Position numbers and translations under genes: made by a program. From assembly GCA_965116875.1 (NCBI GenBank), contig OZ220733.1, positions 4,928,001-4,992,000 on the forward strand: 64,000 nt of DNA, written 5' to 3'. This DNA comes from Candidatus Latescibacterota bacterium. GTDB taxonomy: Bacteria; Latescibacterota; UBA2968; GCA-2709665. Below, one piece after another: positions 18,759 through 28,946 of the stretch. The notes under the pieces were generated by a model that was given only the letters and a program-made list of their open reading frames with translations, was not told where the DNA came from and did no database searches. Position 1 is the first letter of the stretch. Every line of letters starts with the position of its first letter.

Positions 18759-21521
18759 ATGTCAAAACGAACGCACAAGTTTCTTCTCCTATTGGCCGGA
18801 TTGCTTCTTGGATACACGGGCCTTCGCCTGTGTGTGTACTTTTATACCGACTGGCTATGGTTTCAGAATCTGGGATACGGGTCCGTCCTCGTCACCACTG
18901 CCCTCGCCCGCCTTCTTTCATTTTTCGCCTTCGCAACCACGTTTGCCGTTATCGCTGTGGTCAACGTCGGCATTGCCCACAAATACGGCAGGCGTACCCG
19001 CGAGACGCCGCTTGAGGTCCTCGTTGCCGACGCAGAGCCGGTACTTCCGGAACGACGCAAGCGCCGGTTGATCCTCTGGACTGCCGCGATCGCCCTTTTG
19101 ACCGCGGCGACCGGCCTGATCGGCGCCGCCGCCTGGATGCCGCTGCTGCGCTATTTCTATCCGGTCCCGTTTGGGCTCGCCGACCCTGTCTTCGCCAACG
19201 ACCTCAGCTACTACTTCTTCAAGCTTCCCGCCTACAACTTTGTTCAGGGCTGGTTGGCCTTCGCCGTTATTCTCAATATCGTCCTCGTCAGTTTCTCCTA
19301 TCATCAGGACGGGGCGCTGCGCAAGGCAGAACGAGGCTGGTCGTCCACCCCGCACGTCCGCGCCCACCTTTCCGCGCTGACGGCGACTCTCGCGTTCATC
19401 TTTGCCTGGTGGTACTGGCTCAAGGAATACGAAATCCTCTATTCCTTTCGCAAAGATGCCTTCTTCGGCGCCGGGTATACCGATGTCCATGTACAGGTAT
19501 ACATCTACCGTCTGATGATGGTTCTCTCCATCCTTCTCGGCGCATTGCTGGTATACAACCTGCGCGGGAAGAAGTGGTGGCCTGTCGCCGGCGGCGGCAC
19601 AGCTTATGTCGCGGCTGTCCTGCTGCTCAGTTGGCTGTTCCCGATTCTCTTTGAACAGTTCGTGGTCAAGCCCGATGAGCTGAGACTCGAGGAACCCTAC
19701 ATTCGGAGGACCATAGAGCACACGCAGAGAGCGTATGGCCTGGACCGGATCGAAGAGGTCCCGTTTCCAGCGGATTCCGATCTGGATTTCGAGGATATCC
19801 GCAACAATCTGCCCACCATCCGCAGCATCCCTCTGTGGGACCGCCGGCCCATGATTGCAACCTACAGCCAGCTCCAGGAAATCCGGTCCTATTACCGTTT
19901 CGGAAGTATCGACGTGGACCGGTATTCAATCAATGGCAAATACCAGCAGGTGATGGTGGCCGCGCGGGAATTCTCGCGGGAGCAAATGGCGACGCAGGGC
20001 GAAACCTGGGTCAACCGCCACCTGGTCTACACCCACGGCTACGGCTTCTGCATGAGTCCGGCGAATGAAATCGGCGAAGAGGGTCTTCCGGAATTCTATG
20101 TCAAAGACATTCCGCCCGTCGCGTCGGTGGACATCCGGGTGGAGCGCCCTGAGATCTATTATGGCGAAGCCATGCAGGACTATGTGATTGTGAACACCCG
20201 GACGGAGGAATTCGACTACCCTCGCGGCGACGATAACGCCTACACCACCTACAGCGGCACTGGCGGGGTGCCCGTCAATTCGTTCGTTCGCCGGCTGCTT
20301 TTCGCCCTTCGCTTCGCCGATCCCTACCTGCTGGTTACGCAGAACCTGAAGCCCGAGAGCCGGATTCAATTCGACCGGCACATCGGCCGCAGGTTCAGGG
20401 ACGAAGGACCCAGGCGGTTTCAGAAACTGGCGCCGTATCTCCGTTTCGACGAAGACCCCTATCTCGTCACGGTGAACGGACGGCTTGTCTGGATACAGGA
20501 CGCCTATACCGAAAGCAACATGTATCCCTACGCGGAACCCTACGGCCGGCCGTACGTACGTGAAGCCAATTACATCCGTAACGCCGTCAAGGCCACGCTC
20601 GATGCCTATGACGGGACGGTCACGTTCTACGTTTGGGACCCGGACGATCCGCTCGTACGGTCCTACATGGAAATCTTCCCGGATCTCTTTCGTCCCAAGG
20701 AGGACATGCCGGAGGCCCTGCGCGCCCACGTCCGCTACCCGGCAGACCTGTTCAAGATCCAGTCTTCTCTTTACAACACGTACCACATGGCCTCACCCCA
20801 GGTATTCTACAACCGCGAGGACGTCTGGGAAGCAGCCACGGAAATCTATGGGGTTTCGGAACGCCCGCGGGTTATGGCGCCATATTACATCATCGTCAAA
20901 CTGCCGGACGCGGACCGGGAGGAATTCGTCTTGATGCTTCCGGCCACACCCGCCGGAAAAGCCAACATGATCGCGTGGCTTCTTGCCAGATGCGACGGTC
21001 CCAACTACGGCCGGCTCATGGTGTACAAGCTTCCAAAGAAGAAACTCGTTTACGGTCCGATGTTGATCGAACGCCGTATCGATCAGGATACCGATGTCTC
21101 CCGGGAAATCACACTCTGGAGCCAGCGGGGTTCAGACGTGCTGCGCGGCAACCTGCTTGTCGTGCCCATAGAAGACAGCTTCATCTACGTTGAACCCCTT
21201 TACCTGAGAGCCACCCAGAGCGGCATGCCCGAACTGAAGCGGGTCCTCGTGGCGCACGGCGATCGGCTCGCGATGGCCGAAGACCTTGAACGGGCGCTGA
21301 ACCTGGCTCTCGAAGCGCATGGAACCGATCCGGATCTGCGGCACCGCCCGCTGTCTGCTTCGACGGGTATTCGAATACTCAGCCAGACCGCGCTCACGCA
21401 GTTCGACACGGCGCAGTCACGGCTTCGAACGGGTGACTTCGCGGGGTACGGAGAAGCCGTTGAAAGCCTTCGCAAGACCCTGCAACAACTGCGCAGCGAG
21501 GCAGAGGAAGAGGATAAATAG
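18759..21521 (+). CDS. UPF0182 family membrane protein
   Basis: YTDWLWFQNLGY, GAGYTDVH, HLVYTHGYG, NYIRNAVKA, GNLLVVP, YVEPLYL. Confidence 0.93.
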   Translation: MSKRTHKFLLLLAGLLLGYTGLRLCVYFYTDWLWFQNLGYGSVLVTTALARLLSFFAFATTFAVIAVVNVGIAHKYGRRTRETPLEVLVADAEPVLPERRKRRLILWTAAIALLTAATGLIGAAAWMPLLRYFYPVPFGLADPVFANDLSYYFFKLPAYNFVQGWLAFAVILNIVLVSFSYHQDGALRKAERGWSSTPHVRAHLSALTATLAFIFAWWYWLKEYEILYSFRKDAFFGAGYTDVHVQVYIYRLMMVLSILLGALLVYNLRGKKWWPVAGGGTAYVAAVLLLSWLFPILFEQFVVKPDELRLEEPYIRRTIEHTQRAYGLDRIEEVPFPADSDLDFEDIRNNLPTIRSIPLWDRRPMIATYSQLQEIRSYYRFGSIDVDRYSINGKYQQVMVAAREFSREQMATQGETWVNRHLVYTHGYGFCMSPANEIGEEGLPEFYVKDIPPVASVDIRVERPEIYYGEAMQDYVIVNTRTEEFDYPRGDDNAYTTYSGTGGVPVNSFVRRLLFALRFADPYLLVTQNLKPESRIQFDRHIGRRFRDEGPRRFQKLAPYLRFDEDPYLVTVNGRLVWIQDAYTESNMYPYAEPYGRPYVREANYIRNAVKATLDAYDGTVTFYVWDPDDPLVRSYMEIFPDLFRPKEDMPEALRAHVRYPADLFKIQSSLYNTYHMASPQVFYNREDVWEAATEIYGVSERPRVMAPYYIIVKLPDADREEFVLMLPATPAGKANMIAWLLARCDGPNYGRLMVYKLPKKKLVYGPMLIERRIDQDTDVSREITLWSQRGSDVLRGNLLVVPIEDSFIYVEPLYLRATQSGMPELKRVLVAHGDRLAMAEDLERALNLALEAHGTDPDLRHRPLSASTGIRILSQTALTQFDTAQSRLRTGDFAGYGEAVESLRKTLQQLRSEAEEEDK

Positions 21522-21525
21522 GACG

Positions 21526-22440
21526 ATGTCCGATGCGAACCCGTCAAAATGGGCGCCTCTGCCAACCGAACAACGGAATCCGGCCAGCGCGCAAATCGAC
21601 GAGGCTTCGACGCTGCGGATTCTCGAAATCCTCAATGAAGAAGACAACAAGGTCCCGCGGGCGGTGAACGCCATACTTCCACGGGTCGCGGAGGCGGTGG
21701 AACTGGTGGTCGCGGCGATAGGGAACGGCGGCCGGCTCTTCTATGTCGGCGCCGGTACCAGCGGCCGGCTAGGAGTACTGGACGCCGCTGAGTGCCCGCC
21801 TACGTTCGGAACCGCGCCCGGGACGATTCAGGGGATTATCGCGGGCGGCGCCGACGCGCTTCTCCAGGCGGCGGAACGCGCCGAGGACCGGCCGGAAGAC
21901 GGTGCGTCTGAACTTCGGCGCCGGGATCTTTCGGAGCGTGACGTCGTGATGGGCATTGCGGCCAGCGGCGTCACGCCGTTTGTGCTGGGCGCGCTTGAAT
22001 ACGCGCTTCGCGCGGGCGCGGAGACCGTTTTCTTCACGTGCAATCCGGAAGCGGCTGGACAGGTGGACGCAACTGTCAAGATCGTGCCGGAAGTCGGCCC
22101 TGAAGCCATCACCGGTTCCACGCGCCTGAAGGCCGGCACCGCGACCAAAATCGTACTGAATATGATTACGACGGCAGCCATGGTCAGGCTGGGCAAGGTC
22201 TACGGCAATCTGATGGTTGACCTGACACCCACCTGCGCGAAGCTGAACGACCGTGCCCGGCGGATTCTGATGGAAACGACGGGGCTTTCCCGCGAAGAAA
22301 GCCGGCGGTTGCTCGCTGTGGCCGGCGATCTCAAGACGGCAATCGTGATGCAAAAACGGGCCGTCTCGAAGGAGAGGGCCCGTCAGCTGCTCGTGGAGAC
22401 CGGCGGTGTCGTAAGGTTGGCTCTGACGAACAGAACCTGA
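21526..22440 (+). CDS. murQ: N-acetylmuramic acid 6-phosphate etherase
   Basis: TEQRNP, GAGTSGRLGVLDAAECPPTFG, GPEAITGSTRLKAGTATK, YGNLMVD. Confidence 0.97.
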   Translation: MSDANPSKWAPLPTEQRNPASAQIDEASTLRILEILNEEDNKVPRAVNAILPRVAEAVELVVAAIGNGGRLFYVGAGTSGRLGVLDAAECPPTFGTAPGTIQGIIAGGADALLQAAERAEDRPEDGASELRRRDLSERDVVMGIAASGVTPFVLGALEYALRAGAETVFFTCNPEAAGQVDATVKIVPEVGPEAITGSTRLKAGTATKIVLNMITTAAMVRLGKVYGNLMVDLTPTCAKLNDRARRILMETTGLSREESRRLLAVAGDLKTAIVMQKRAVSKERARQLLVETGGVVRLALTNRT

Positions 22441-22442
22441 CG

Positions 22443-23990
22443 TTATTTCGAGCGGACAGACTTTTCTCCTATGGTACCGTAGAACGCTTTTACCATCCGA
22501 TCCAGATGCACTTTCGCATGTTCCGCCGCGTCTTTGTCGATCGTGTACTCGGACTTGCCCACCAGCTTCAGACCGTGACCGTAATCGTCGAATAAAGTCT
22601 GGCACAGCGCTTCGGTCGACACGCCGTCACGGGCCGCGGTATCGGCCAAAACCGTCTTTGCCGCGTCTGAAAACGTCAGGACAATTCCGTATGCATCCAG
22701 AAAACGCCTCGCATAGGACGAGATGTCCCGGTGGACAAGCAACTGCTGCAACTGAAGCGATGGTTCTTCCACAACATCGGCCGTAACCGTAAACGAACGG
22801 ATATCGGTGGACGGAAGCGCCTTCTCGAATTTCAGCAGCGCCCGTTCACAGACGCTGACCAACGCTCGCGCGCCCGTTTGTTCAGTGGATGCCTGCTCCG
22901 CAAGCCGGCGCAATGCCGCGTCCTCGAAGTTCAATTGGATGCCGTAGGCCAGGAAGTCCCTCTTTTTTCCAAGAATGACCGAACTGGTGGGACTCCTCAG
23001 AATCTGATACAAGTCATCGACGGAAAGCGGTTCGAGAACGGCCACGACCGGCAGGCGCCCCACAAATTCCGACTCGAAACCGAACGCGATGAGGTCTTCC
23101 GTAATCGCCTGCTTCAGGTAGGAGACGCGGTCCGCTTCAAGGTTGTGCGACCGCTCAGTTTCGGCCTTGAAACCCAGACTGTTCCGATTGAGACGTGTTT
23201 TGATCAGGTCCTCGAACCCGTTGAACGCGCCGCTAACGATGAAGAGGATGTTTCGCGTGTTAATTTTCTTGCGCTCCATCTTGCCACTTTGTTGATACTG
23301 CATCATGGATTCCATCTGTGATGCCAGATCGTGCGGCGCCTTGAGGTCCACCTCGGTTTCTTCCATCAGCTTGAGCAGGTTGCGCTGGACACCGCTTCGA
23401 GAAACGTCCGGACCCACCAGGTTGGGCGTTGAAGCGATCTTGTCGATTTCATCCACGTAGATAATGCCGTATTGGGCCCTTTCAATGCTGCCGCCGGCCT
23501 CGCGAACCAGTTCGCGCACCAGATCTTCGACGTCGCCGCCGACATATCCTGTTTCACTGAACTTCGTCGCATCGCCCTTGACAAAGGGAACACCGATTCG
23601 ATGAGCGATCAATTTTATCAGATAGGTCTTTCCCACTCCAGTCGGTCCAATCAGCAGAATGTTGTTCTTGATGTTTCCCACGGAACGATGTTCGAATTCC
23701 GGATCTTCGCGATCCAGCTTCATCCGGTTGAAGTGGGTGCAGATCTTGGTGGCGAGCACTTCCTTCGCCTCATCCTGTTTGATCACGTACTCATCGAGAA
23801 AGGCCTCCAGCTCTTCCGGTTTCAGGTCAAAATCAATCGAGTCATCCTGCGTTTCCTCCGTACGTGGTCCTTCATTGCTCCCTTCGGCCTCCGCCTGAGG
23901 AAACACGACCTGGGCGCCGTACTTCTGCTCGATGAGTTCTTTCAGATCTTTCTGCAGTTCCTTGGGGTTTACGGGTCTTTGTTCAGGCAT
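22443..23990 (-). CDS. ClpX-like AAA+ ATPase without the N-terminal C4 zinc finger and with a C-terminal extension
   Basis: NILLIGPTGVGKT, DATKFSETGYVGGDVE, YVDEIDKI, LGF loop, EFVGRLP, TGARAL. Confidence 0.85.
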   Translation of the reverse strand: MPEQRPVNPKELQKDLKELIEQKYGAQVVFPQAEAEGSNEGPRTEETQDDSIDFDLKPEELEAFLDEYVIKQDEAKEVLATKICTHFNRMKLDREDPEFEHRSVGNIKNNILLIGPTGVGKTYLIKLIAHRIGVPFVKGDATKFSETGYVGGDVEDLVRELVREAGGSIERAQYGIIYVDEIDKIASTPNLVGPDVSRSGVQRNLLKLMEETEVDLKAPHDLASQMESMMQYQQSGKMERKKINTRNILFIVSGAFNGFEDLIKTRLNRNSLGFKAETERSHNLEADRVSYLKQAITEDLIAFGFESEFVGRLPVVAVLEPLSVDDLYQILRSPTSSVILGKKRDFLAYGIQLNFEDAALRRLAEQASTEQTGARALVSVCERALLKFEKALPSTDIRSFTVTADVVEEPSLQLQQLLVHRDISSYARRFLDAYGIVLTFSDAAKTVLADTAARDGVSTEALCQTLFDDYGHGLKLVGKSEYTIDKDAAEHAKVHLDRMVKAFYGTIGEKSVRSK

Positions 23991-24223
23991 CGTCGTTCCT
24001 CTCCGGATTCTGGCGGTCAAATCGGTGCCGGATACTCGGATCCGGGGCCTCTAAGGATACCAGGTCCCGTCAGAATTGTCAAGAGATGCGGCCCTTTTCC
24101 GTCCCTCTTCCAAATCCGGATCCGGGAAGGCGGGTGGTTTTGGAGTACGCCACGTCGGGACAACTCAATCCGCAACCATGCCTTCGGATCATTCCCCAAC
24201 TATCGGATGCGAAGAGTACTCCC

Positions 24224-25951
24224 ATGAACCTCAGCTACTTCACACTGAGACGCCTCTGCCAGGAACTGAACGAGATTCTGCAGGGAAAACGCGTCCGGCG
24301 CGCTGCCATGGCGGGAACGTATGAACTTGCTGTCGAAACAACCGACGGGTTACACCTGCTGCTTTCCGCTTCGCCGGAAGCAGGCCGCCTGCAGCAAATC
24401 CATCGGCCGCCCTCGGCCGTCCGCCCGCCTCCGCCCTGGGCTGAACACCACCTTTGCGACAGCGTAATCCTGGGGATCTCACAAATCCCGCTGGAACGTA
24501 TCCTTTCATTCGACCTGCGCAAACGCGACCGGCTGGGTGGAGAACGCCGCTATCGTATGTACGTGGAACTGATCCACCGGTACAGTAACGTGATCCTGAC
24601 ATCGGAACCGGACCGGCGGATCCTTGGGGTGCTGCGCCGGGTGGGAGGAAAAATGAAAAGCCGGCGGCGTCTTCTTCCGGGCGGGACGTATCGTCCCCCG
24701 CCCGCACAGGACAGGATTCCACCCCATGAACTCGCGCCGGCCAATCTCGCCGATGCGTTCCGGCAGCGGCCGGATCAGCCGGCACGTGCCCTCGCCGGTG
24801 TCGTTGCAGGTCTTGACGTGCTGACCGCCGAATCGCTGGTCACCGAGACAGGCGTGAAACCGGGCGCGGAACCGGGGCCCGATACCATCCGGAATCTGGT
24901 CAGCCGTATTCATTCTGTATTTGCCCACCCACCCTTTATGGATCGTCCCGAGACACTGTGCATTCCCGACAGTCCCCCGTGTATCCGGGTATTGAATCTG
25001 CGGCGCGGGCCCGGTGACGTGGAGCACGTCTGCGAATCCGTCAGCGATGCGATTGGGCGCGTCGCCAGAGTGAATGAGAACCGGGCATACCAGAACTCGG
25101 ACCGGCGCGAGATCGAGAATGTACTCAACCGTAGCCGTGCATCGCTGGAGACCAGAATCACAAGGATCCAGTCCGATCTTGACGACTCCAGGAATTCCGA
25201 ACGCTACAGAAGGTACGGGCACATTCTCATGGCAGGGCTTCACAGGGTCCATCCTGGCAGTACTTCCGTCACGCTTCCGGACGTATACAATCCTTCCGGG
25301 CCGCCGGTGACGATCCCGCTCAGAGCCAACAAGCTCCCGCATGAGAACGCCGCCGCTTACCTGAAGCGAAGCCGAAAGGTCGAGAAGGCGCGGCCCATCC
25401 TTACGCGACGCCGGGAGGCGACACGAACGGAACTGGCGGGGGTGGAAGCGCTTCTGAAGCGGATCAGGAAAGCCGAGAACCCCGATGAAGTTGCGAAGAT
25501 TCGAAACGAACTGGCAGCGACGGGACGGCTCGCAAACCGCACGCGGAAAAAGACCACCGGCAGAAACTCTCCCGGGGAAACGCATCCCAGACGGTACCGG
25601 ACCACGGACGGCTGGTCCGTTCTGGTGGGCCGGAACAACACTGAGAACGACCGCCTCACGAAGGGATCGGCCAGGGACGATCTCTTTTTTCACGCACAGG
25701 GATGTCCCGGTTCACACGTCATTCTCAAGCGCGAGGGAAAACGCCAGAAACCCTCCGAAACCGCGATGAAGGAAGCCGCGAGCCTGGCGGCCTACTGGAG
25801 CAAAGCCAGGCATTCCAGGACCGTGCCGGTCAACTGCACCGAGGTCCGGTACGTGCAAAAGCCCCGGGGCGCCGCCCCGGGACTCGTCAATATCCGAAAT
25901 GAAGTCACGCTCTTTGTCGCCCCCCGTCAACTCAGGAGGGCCGAAGCGTAG
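24224..25951 (+). CDS. rqcH: Ribosome quality control factor RqcH/Rqc2 (NFACT/FbpA family)
   Basis: ERI, ELIHRYSNVIL, coiled coil with ENAAAY, VGRNNTENDRL, FHAQGCPGSHV, AAYWSKA, VQKPRGAAPG. Confidence 0.9.
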   Translation: MNLSYFTLRRLCQELNEILQGKRVRRAAMAGTYELAVETTDGLHLLLSASPEAGRLQQIHRPPSAVRPPPPWAEHHLCDSVILGISQIPLERILSFDLRKRDRLGGERRYRMYVELIHRYSNVILTSEPDRRILGVLRRVGGKMKSRRRLLPGGTYRPPPAQDRIPPHELAPANLADAFRQRPDQPARALAGVVAGLDVLTAESLVTETGVKPGAEPGPDTIRNLVSRIHSVFAHPPFMDRPETLCIPDSPPCIRVLNLRRGPGDVEHVCESVSDAIGRVARVNENRAYQNSDRREIENVLNRSRASLETRITRIQSDLDDSRNSERYRRYGHILMAGLHRVHPGSTSVTLPDVYNPSGPPVTIPLRANKLPHENAAAYLKRSRKVEKARPILTRRREATRTELAGVEALLKRIRKAENPDEVAKIRNELAATGRLANRTRKKTTGRNSPGETHPRRYRTTDGWSVLVGRNNTENDRLTKGSARDDLFFHAQGCPGSHVILKREGKRQKPSETAMKEAASLAAYWSKARHSRTVPVNCTEVRYVQKPRGAAPGLVNIRNEVTLFVAPRQLRRAEA

Positions 25952-26040
25952 CAGTCCGTTGATCAAGTCGCTCTGCAACCCGGATGTGCCCTTTCAACGG
26001 GCTGTACGTCAGGGCCGCGGGAAGCGGCCCGGCACGGTCG

Positions 26041-26805
26041 CTACCAGATCTTCGAATAATACACCAATCGCACCTGTCGATCGATGTTTGTCGACCGCTT
26101 GCCGTCACGAAACAGGTTCTTGACGTCCACTTCGAGATTCAGCCGCTCGGAAGGCATCCACCGTCCGCCCAGATTCAACCTCCCTCTACCCGAGCCCAGC
26201 GAGTTGTCTTCGTTGTCGTTAATCGCAAAGTCATATTCTACCAACATTGCAAAAATCCGCTTGAACTCTACATCGGCGCCCATGAAACCCGAAAGATCCC
26301 CATCCCCGTCACCATCTTCAAGGCTGCGATTCAATCCGGCGTGCAAACCCATGTCCCCCAGCGGAAATCCATAGTTCTTGCTCGCCACCGCGTAGAGACC
26401 CTTGGACTTGACCGCATATCGGCTCAAACTCTCGTCGTATTCCCCGTACCCCTGGGAGTGATAACCCAGGGCGACCGCCGGGACCTTCAACTCCTCCTCG
26501 ATCACCCGGACACGGCCCGCGACTTCCACGCGCGGATTCCAGGCCGCCTCACGACTGCCCACAATATGCTGTCCGCCGAACGAAATCCCTATGCTCATCC
26601 TGTTGTGAACGCCGACTTCGATTTGAGAGAGAATACCGCTGTCGCCGTACAATCGCAGATCCACGGCCAGACGGCCGGAAGGCAGCATGCCGGCCGTCGG
26701 TCCATCGACCAGCCATCGCGGCACGTTGCCCTGGGCATGCGCTGAACGGGAGTAACCCGAGCAGACCGCAAGCAACAGCAAAATCCGGCATACATGCCGT
26801 GTCAT
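26041..26805 (-). CDS. YjbH-like outer-membrane beta-barrel protein
   Basis: Signal peptide, LVDGPTAGML, PAVALG, LYAVASK, alternating beta-strands, C-terminal aromatic residue. Confidence 0.7.
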   Translation of the reverse strand: MTRHVCRILLLLAVCSGYSRSAHAQGNVPRWLVDGPTAGMLPSGRLAVDLRLYGDSGILSQIEVGVHNRMSIGISFGGQHIVGSREAAWNPRVEVAGRVRVIEEELKVPAVALGYHSQGYGEYDESLSRYAVKSKGLYAVASKNYGFPLGDMGLHAGLNRSLEDGDGDGDLSGFMGADVEFKRIFAMLVEYDFAINDNEDNSLGSGRGRLNLGGRWMPSERLNLEVDVKNLFRDGKRSTNIDRQVRLVYYSKIW

Positions 26806-27257
26806 GTGCATTCTCCGTTGTCGAGCAGGATTCTGCGTGAACCCGATTCCATCAGTTCAATCCGGATCTGCACGGTTCGTTCAGGCAGAAGCGATCCCGC
26901 GCGTTCCGCCCATTCGATCAGGCAGATGCCGTTACCGGCAAGATAATCGTCCCAGCCCAGGTCAAGGAGAGCGTCTGCATCCGGGAGCCTGTACAGGTCG
27001 AAGTGGTAGATTGTTATCGGACGGGACGCGGCGTCACGGCCACGGTACTCGTTCACCAGGATGAACGTGGGACTGGTGACGCGGTCCGGAACATTGAACC
27101 CTTCACAGATGCCCTGCGCCAGACAGGTCTTGCCGCTGCCGAGTTCCCCGATCATCCCTACGCAATCGCCCGGCCGCAGACGAGCGGACAGCTCCCTGCC
27201 GAACGCTCGAGTCTGATCAGGGGACGTCGTGCTGATTTCAGCCCTTGAGGTCTGCAT
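26802..27257 (-). CDS. tsaE: tRNA t6A biosynthesis ATPase
   Basis: GELGSGKT, VTSPTF, YHFDLYRL, LIEWAE. Confidence 0.97.
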   Translation of the reverse strand: MQTSRAEISTTSPDQTRAFGRELSARLRPGDCVGMIGELGSGKTCLAQGICEGFNVPDRVTSPTFILVNEYRGRDAASRPITIYHFDLYRLPDADALLDLGWDDYLAGNGICLIEWAERAGSLLPERTVQIRIELMESGSRRILLDNGECT

Positions 27258-27369
27258 CGGGACTCGCTACGAGGGCGGGTTCGGGCGTCGCCAAACGTCG
27301 GCGAGACATAGGGACCCGGGATACCCGTCGCCCCCCGACCGGCAGGTATCTCGAGGATTACGCCTCGGT

Positions 27370-28935
27370 CTATTTGCCATTCAGCACCGCGACTGGCAGA
27401 ACCATCTCCTCCAGCGAAATGCCGCCGTGCTGGAAACTGTTCGCGTAATACCGCTGGTATTCATTGAATTTCGTGGGATAGACGAAATAGAAGTCTTCCC
27501 TCGAAATGATATACGTGGTCCCCATTCCCAGATCCGGCAGGCGATAGACGTTCGGATCTGCAACGTACAGCGCGTGCCTGGTGTCGCATCGCAGGTGCTT
27601 ACCGTATTTGTACCTGAGGTTCGTGGACGTCTCCCGGTTGCCATGCGCCACGGTTGCGCGCCTACTCATCACACAGCCGTGGTCGGTCGTCAACACCACG
27701 GTGGTATCCGTTTCCGCCAGCTTTCGCAACATCTCGAAAAGCGATGAATGGGAAAACCAGGATCGGCTGAGCGACCTGTACGCGGACTCGTTCGGCGCCA
27801 TCTCTTTCAGAATATCCGACTCCGACCTTCCGTGCGCCAGAATGTCCAGAAAATTGAACACAACCGACATCAACGGGAAGGACCGGTACGAATGCACCTT
27901 TTTCACGAGATGGTTGCCCTCGGCTATATCCAGTACCTTCACGTATCGGGTATCCAGATTCAGCGTGGGATCCAGTTCCTGAATCTGGCGATCCAGGAGC
28001 TGATGCTCGTGCCGGTTGCGGCTGTTGTCGTCGTCCCATCCGGAACGCCATTCCTTTGGATACAACCTGGCCACGTCGCTGGGGAAAAGGCCGCTGAAAA
28101 TCGAGTTTCTGGAATAGGGCGTGGCTGTCGGGAGAATGGAATAGTGGTAGTGTTGCTCTATATTGAACAGTTCGGAAAGAAGCGGCGAGATCGCCAGCCA
28201 GTGATCCAGTCGCATACAATCCACGACCACGAAGAACACCTGCCTGCTCTCCTGGAGCAAGGGCAGGACAAACTCGCTCACGACGTCCACCGATAACACC
28301 GGAGAGTCCATATCGTCCTGGAGCCAATGGGCATAGTTGGCCTCAACGAAGCGACCGAAAGCACGGTTGCACGCCCGCCGCAGATCCTCATGCATCTTTC
28401 GCAGGCCGGCGTCATAGATCCGGTCCAGTTCCAGATCCCATTCGGAGAGCTTCACATGGATGTCGATCCAGTCCTGCCACGTCACGTCGCCCGCCATTGA
28501 GGCACGAATACGATTGGACACGGCCGCATAATCCAATCCCATGCGCCCTGTCACGATCTGCCGCGCATCGAGCAGTTTCTTGCAGGCCGAGAGTATCTGG
28601 CTGGGGTTCACCGGTTTGGTGAGATAGTCGTCGATCCGATGGCCGAGCGCTTCCTCCATCAGGCGCTCCTCTTCATTCTTCGTAATCATGATTACCGGGA
28701 TATCCGGATTGATTTCCTTGATCATCGCCAGCGTGGAAAGCCCGCCGCGTCCGGCCATCATTTCATCCAGCAGTACGATGTCGAATCCCCGCTGCTTGAC
28801 CATCGCAATCGCGTCATCCCCGTTCGTCACGGGCGTCACCTTGTAGCCCCGGGAACCCAGAAACATCGTATGCGGCCTCAGGAGGTCAATTTCGTCGTCT
28901 GCCCACAGAACCTGCTTTTCTCTCATGGTGTCCAA
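27370..28935 (-). CDS. porX: PorX-like response regulator (receiver plus PglZ/alkaline phosphatase domain)
   Basis: LWADDEIDLLRPH, LLDEMM, DYLTKPVNP, SILPTATPYSRN, TTDHG, STNLRYK, FQHGGISLEEM. Confidence 0.88.
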   Translation of the reverse strand: MDTMREKQVLWADDEIDLLRPHTMFLGSRGYKVTPVTNGDDAIAMVKQRGFDIVLLDEMMAGRGGLSTLAMIKEINPDIPVIMITKNEEERLMEEALGHRIDDYLTKPVNPSQILSACKKLLDARQIVTGRMGLDYAAVSNRIRASMAGDVTWQDWIDIHVKLSEWDLELDRIYDAGLRKMHEDLRRACNRAFGRFVEANYAHWLQDDMDSPVLSVDVVSEFVLPLLQESRQVFFVVVDCMRLDHWLAISPLLSELFNIEQHYHYSILPTATPYSRNSIFSGLFPSDVARLYPKEWRSGWDDDNSRNRHEHQLLDRQIQELDPTLNLDTRYVKVLDIAEGNHLVKKVHSYRSFPLMSVVFNFLDILAHGRSESDILKEMAPNESAYRSLSRSWFSHSSLFEMLRKLAETDTTVVLTTDHGCVMSRRATVAHGNRETSTNLRYKYGKHLRCDTRHALYVADPNVYRLPDLGMGTTYIISREDFYFVYPTKFNEYQRYYANSFQHGGISLEEMVLPVAVLNGK

Positions 28936-28946
28936 TCTCCCGGCCG

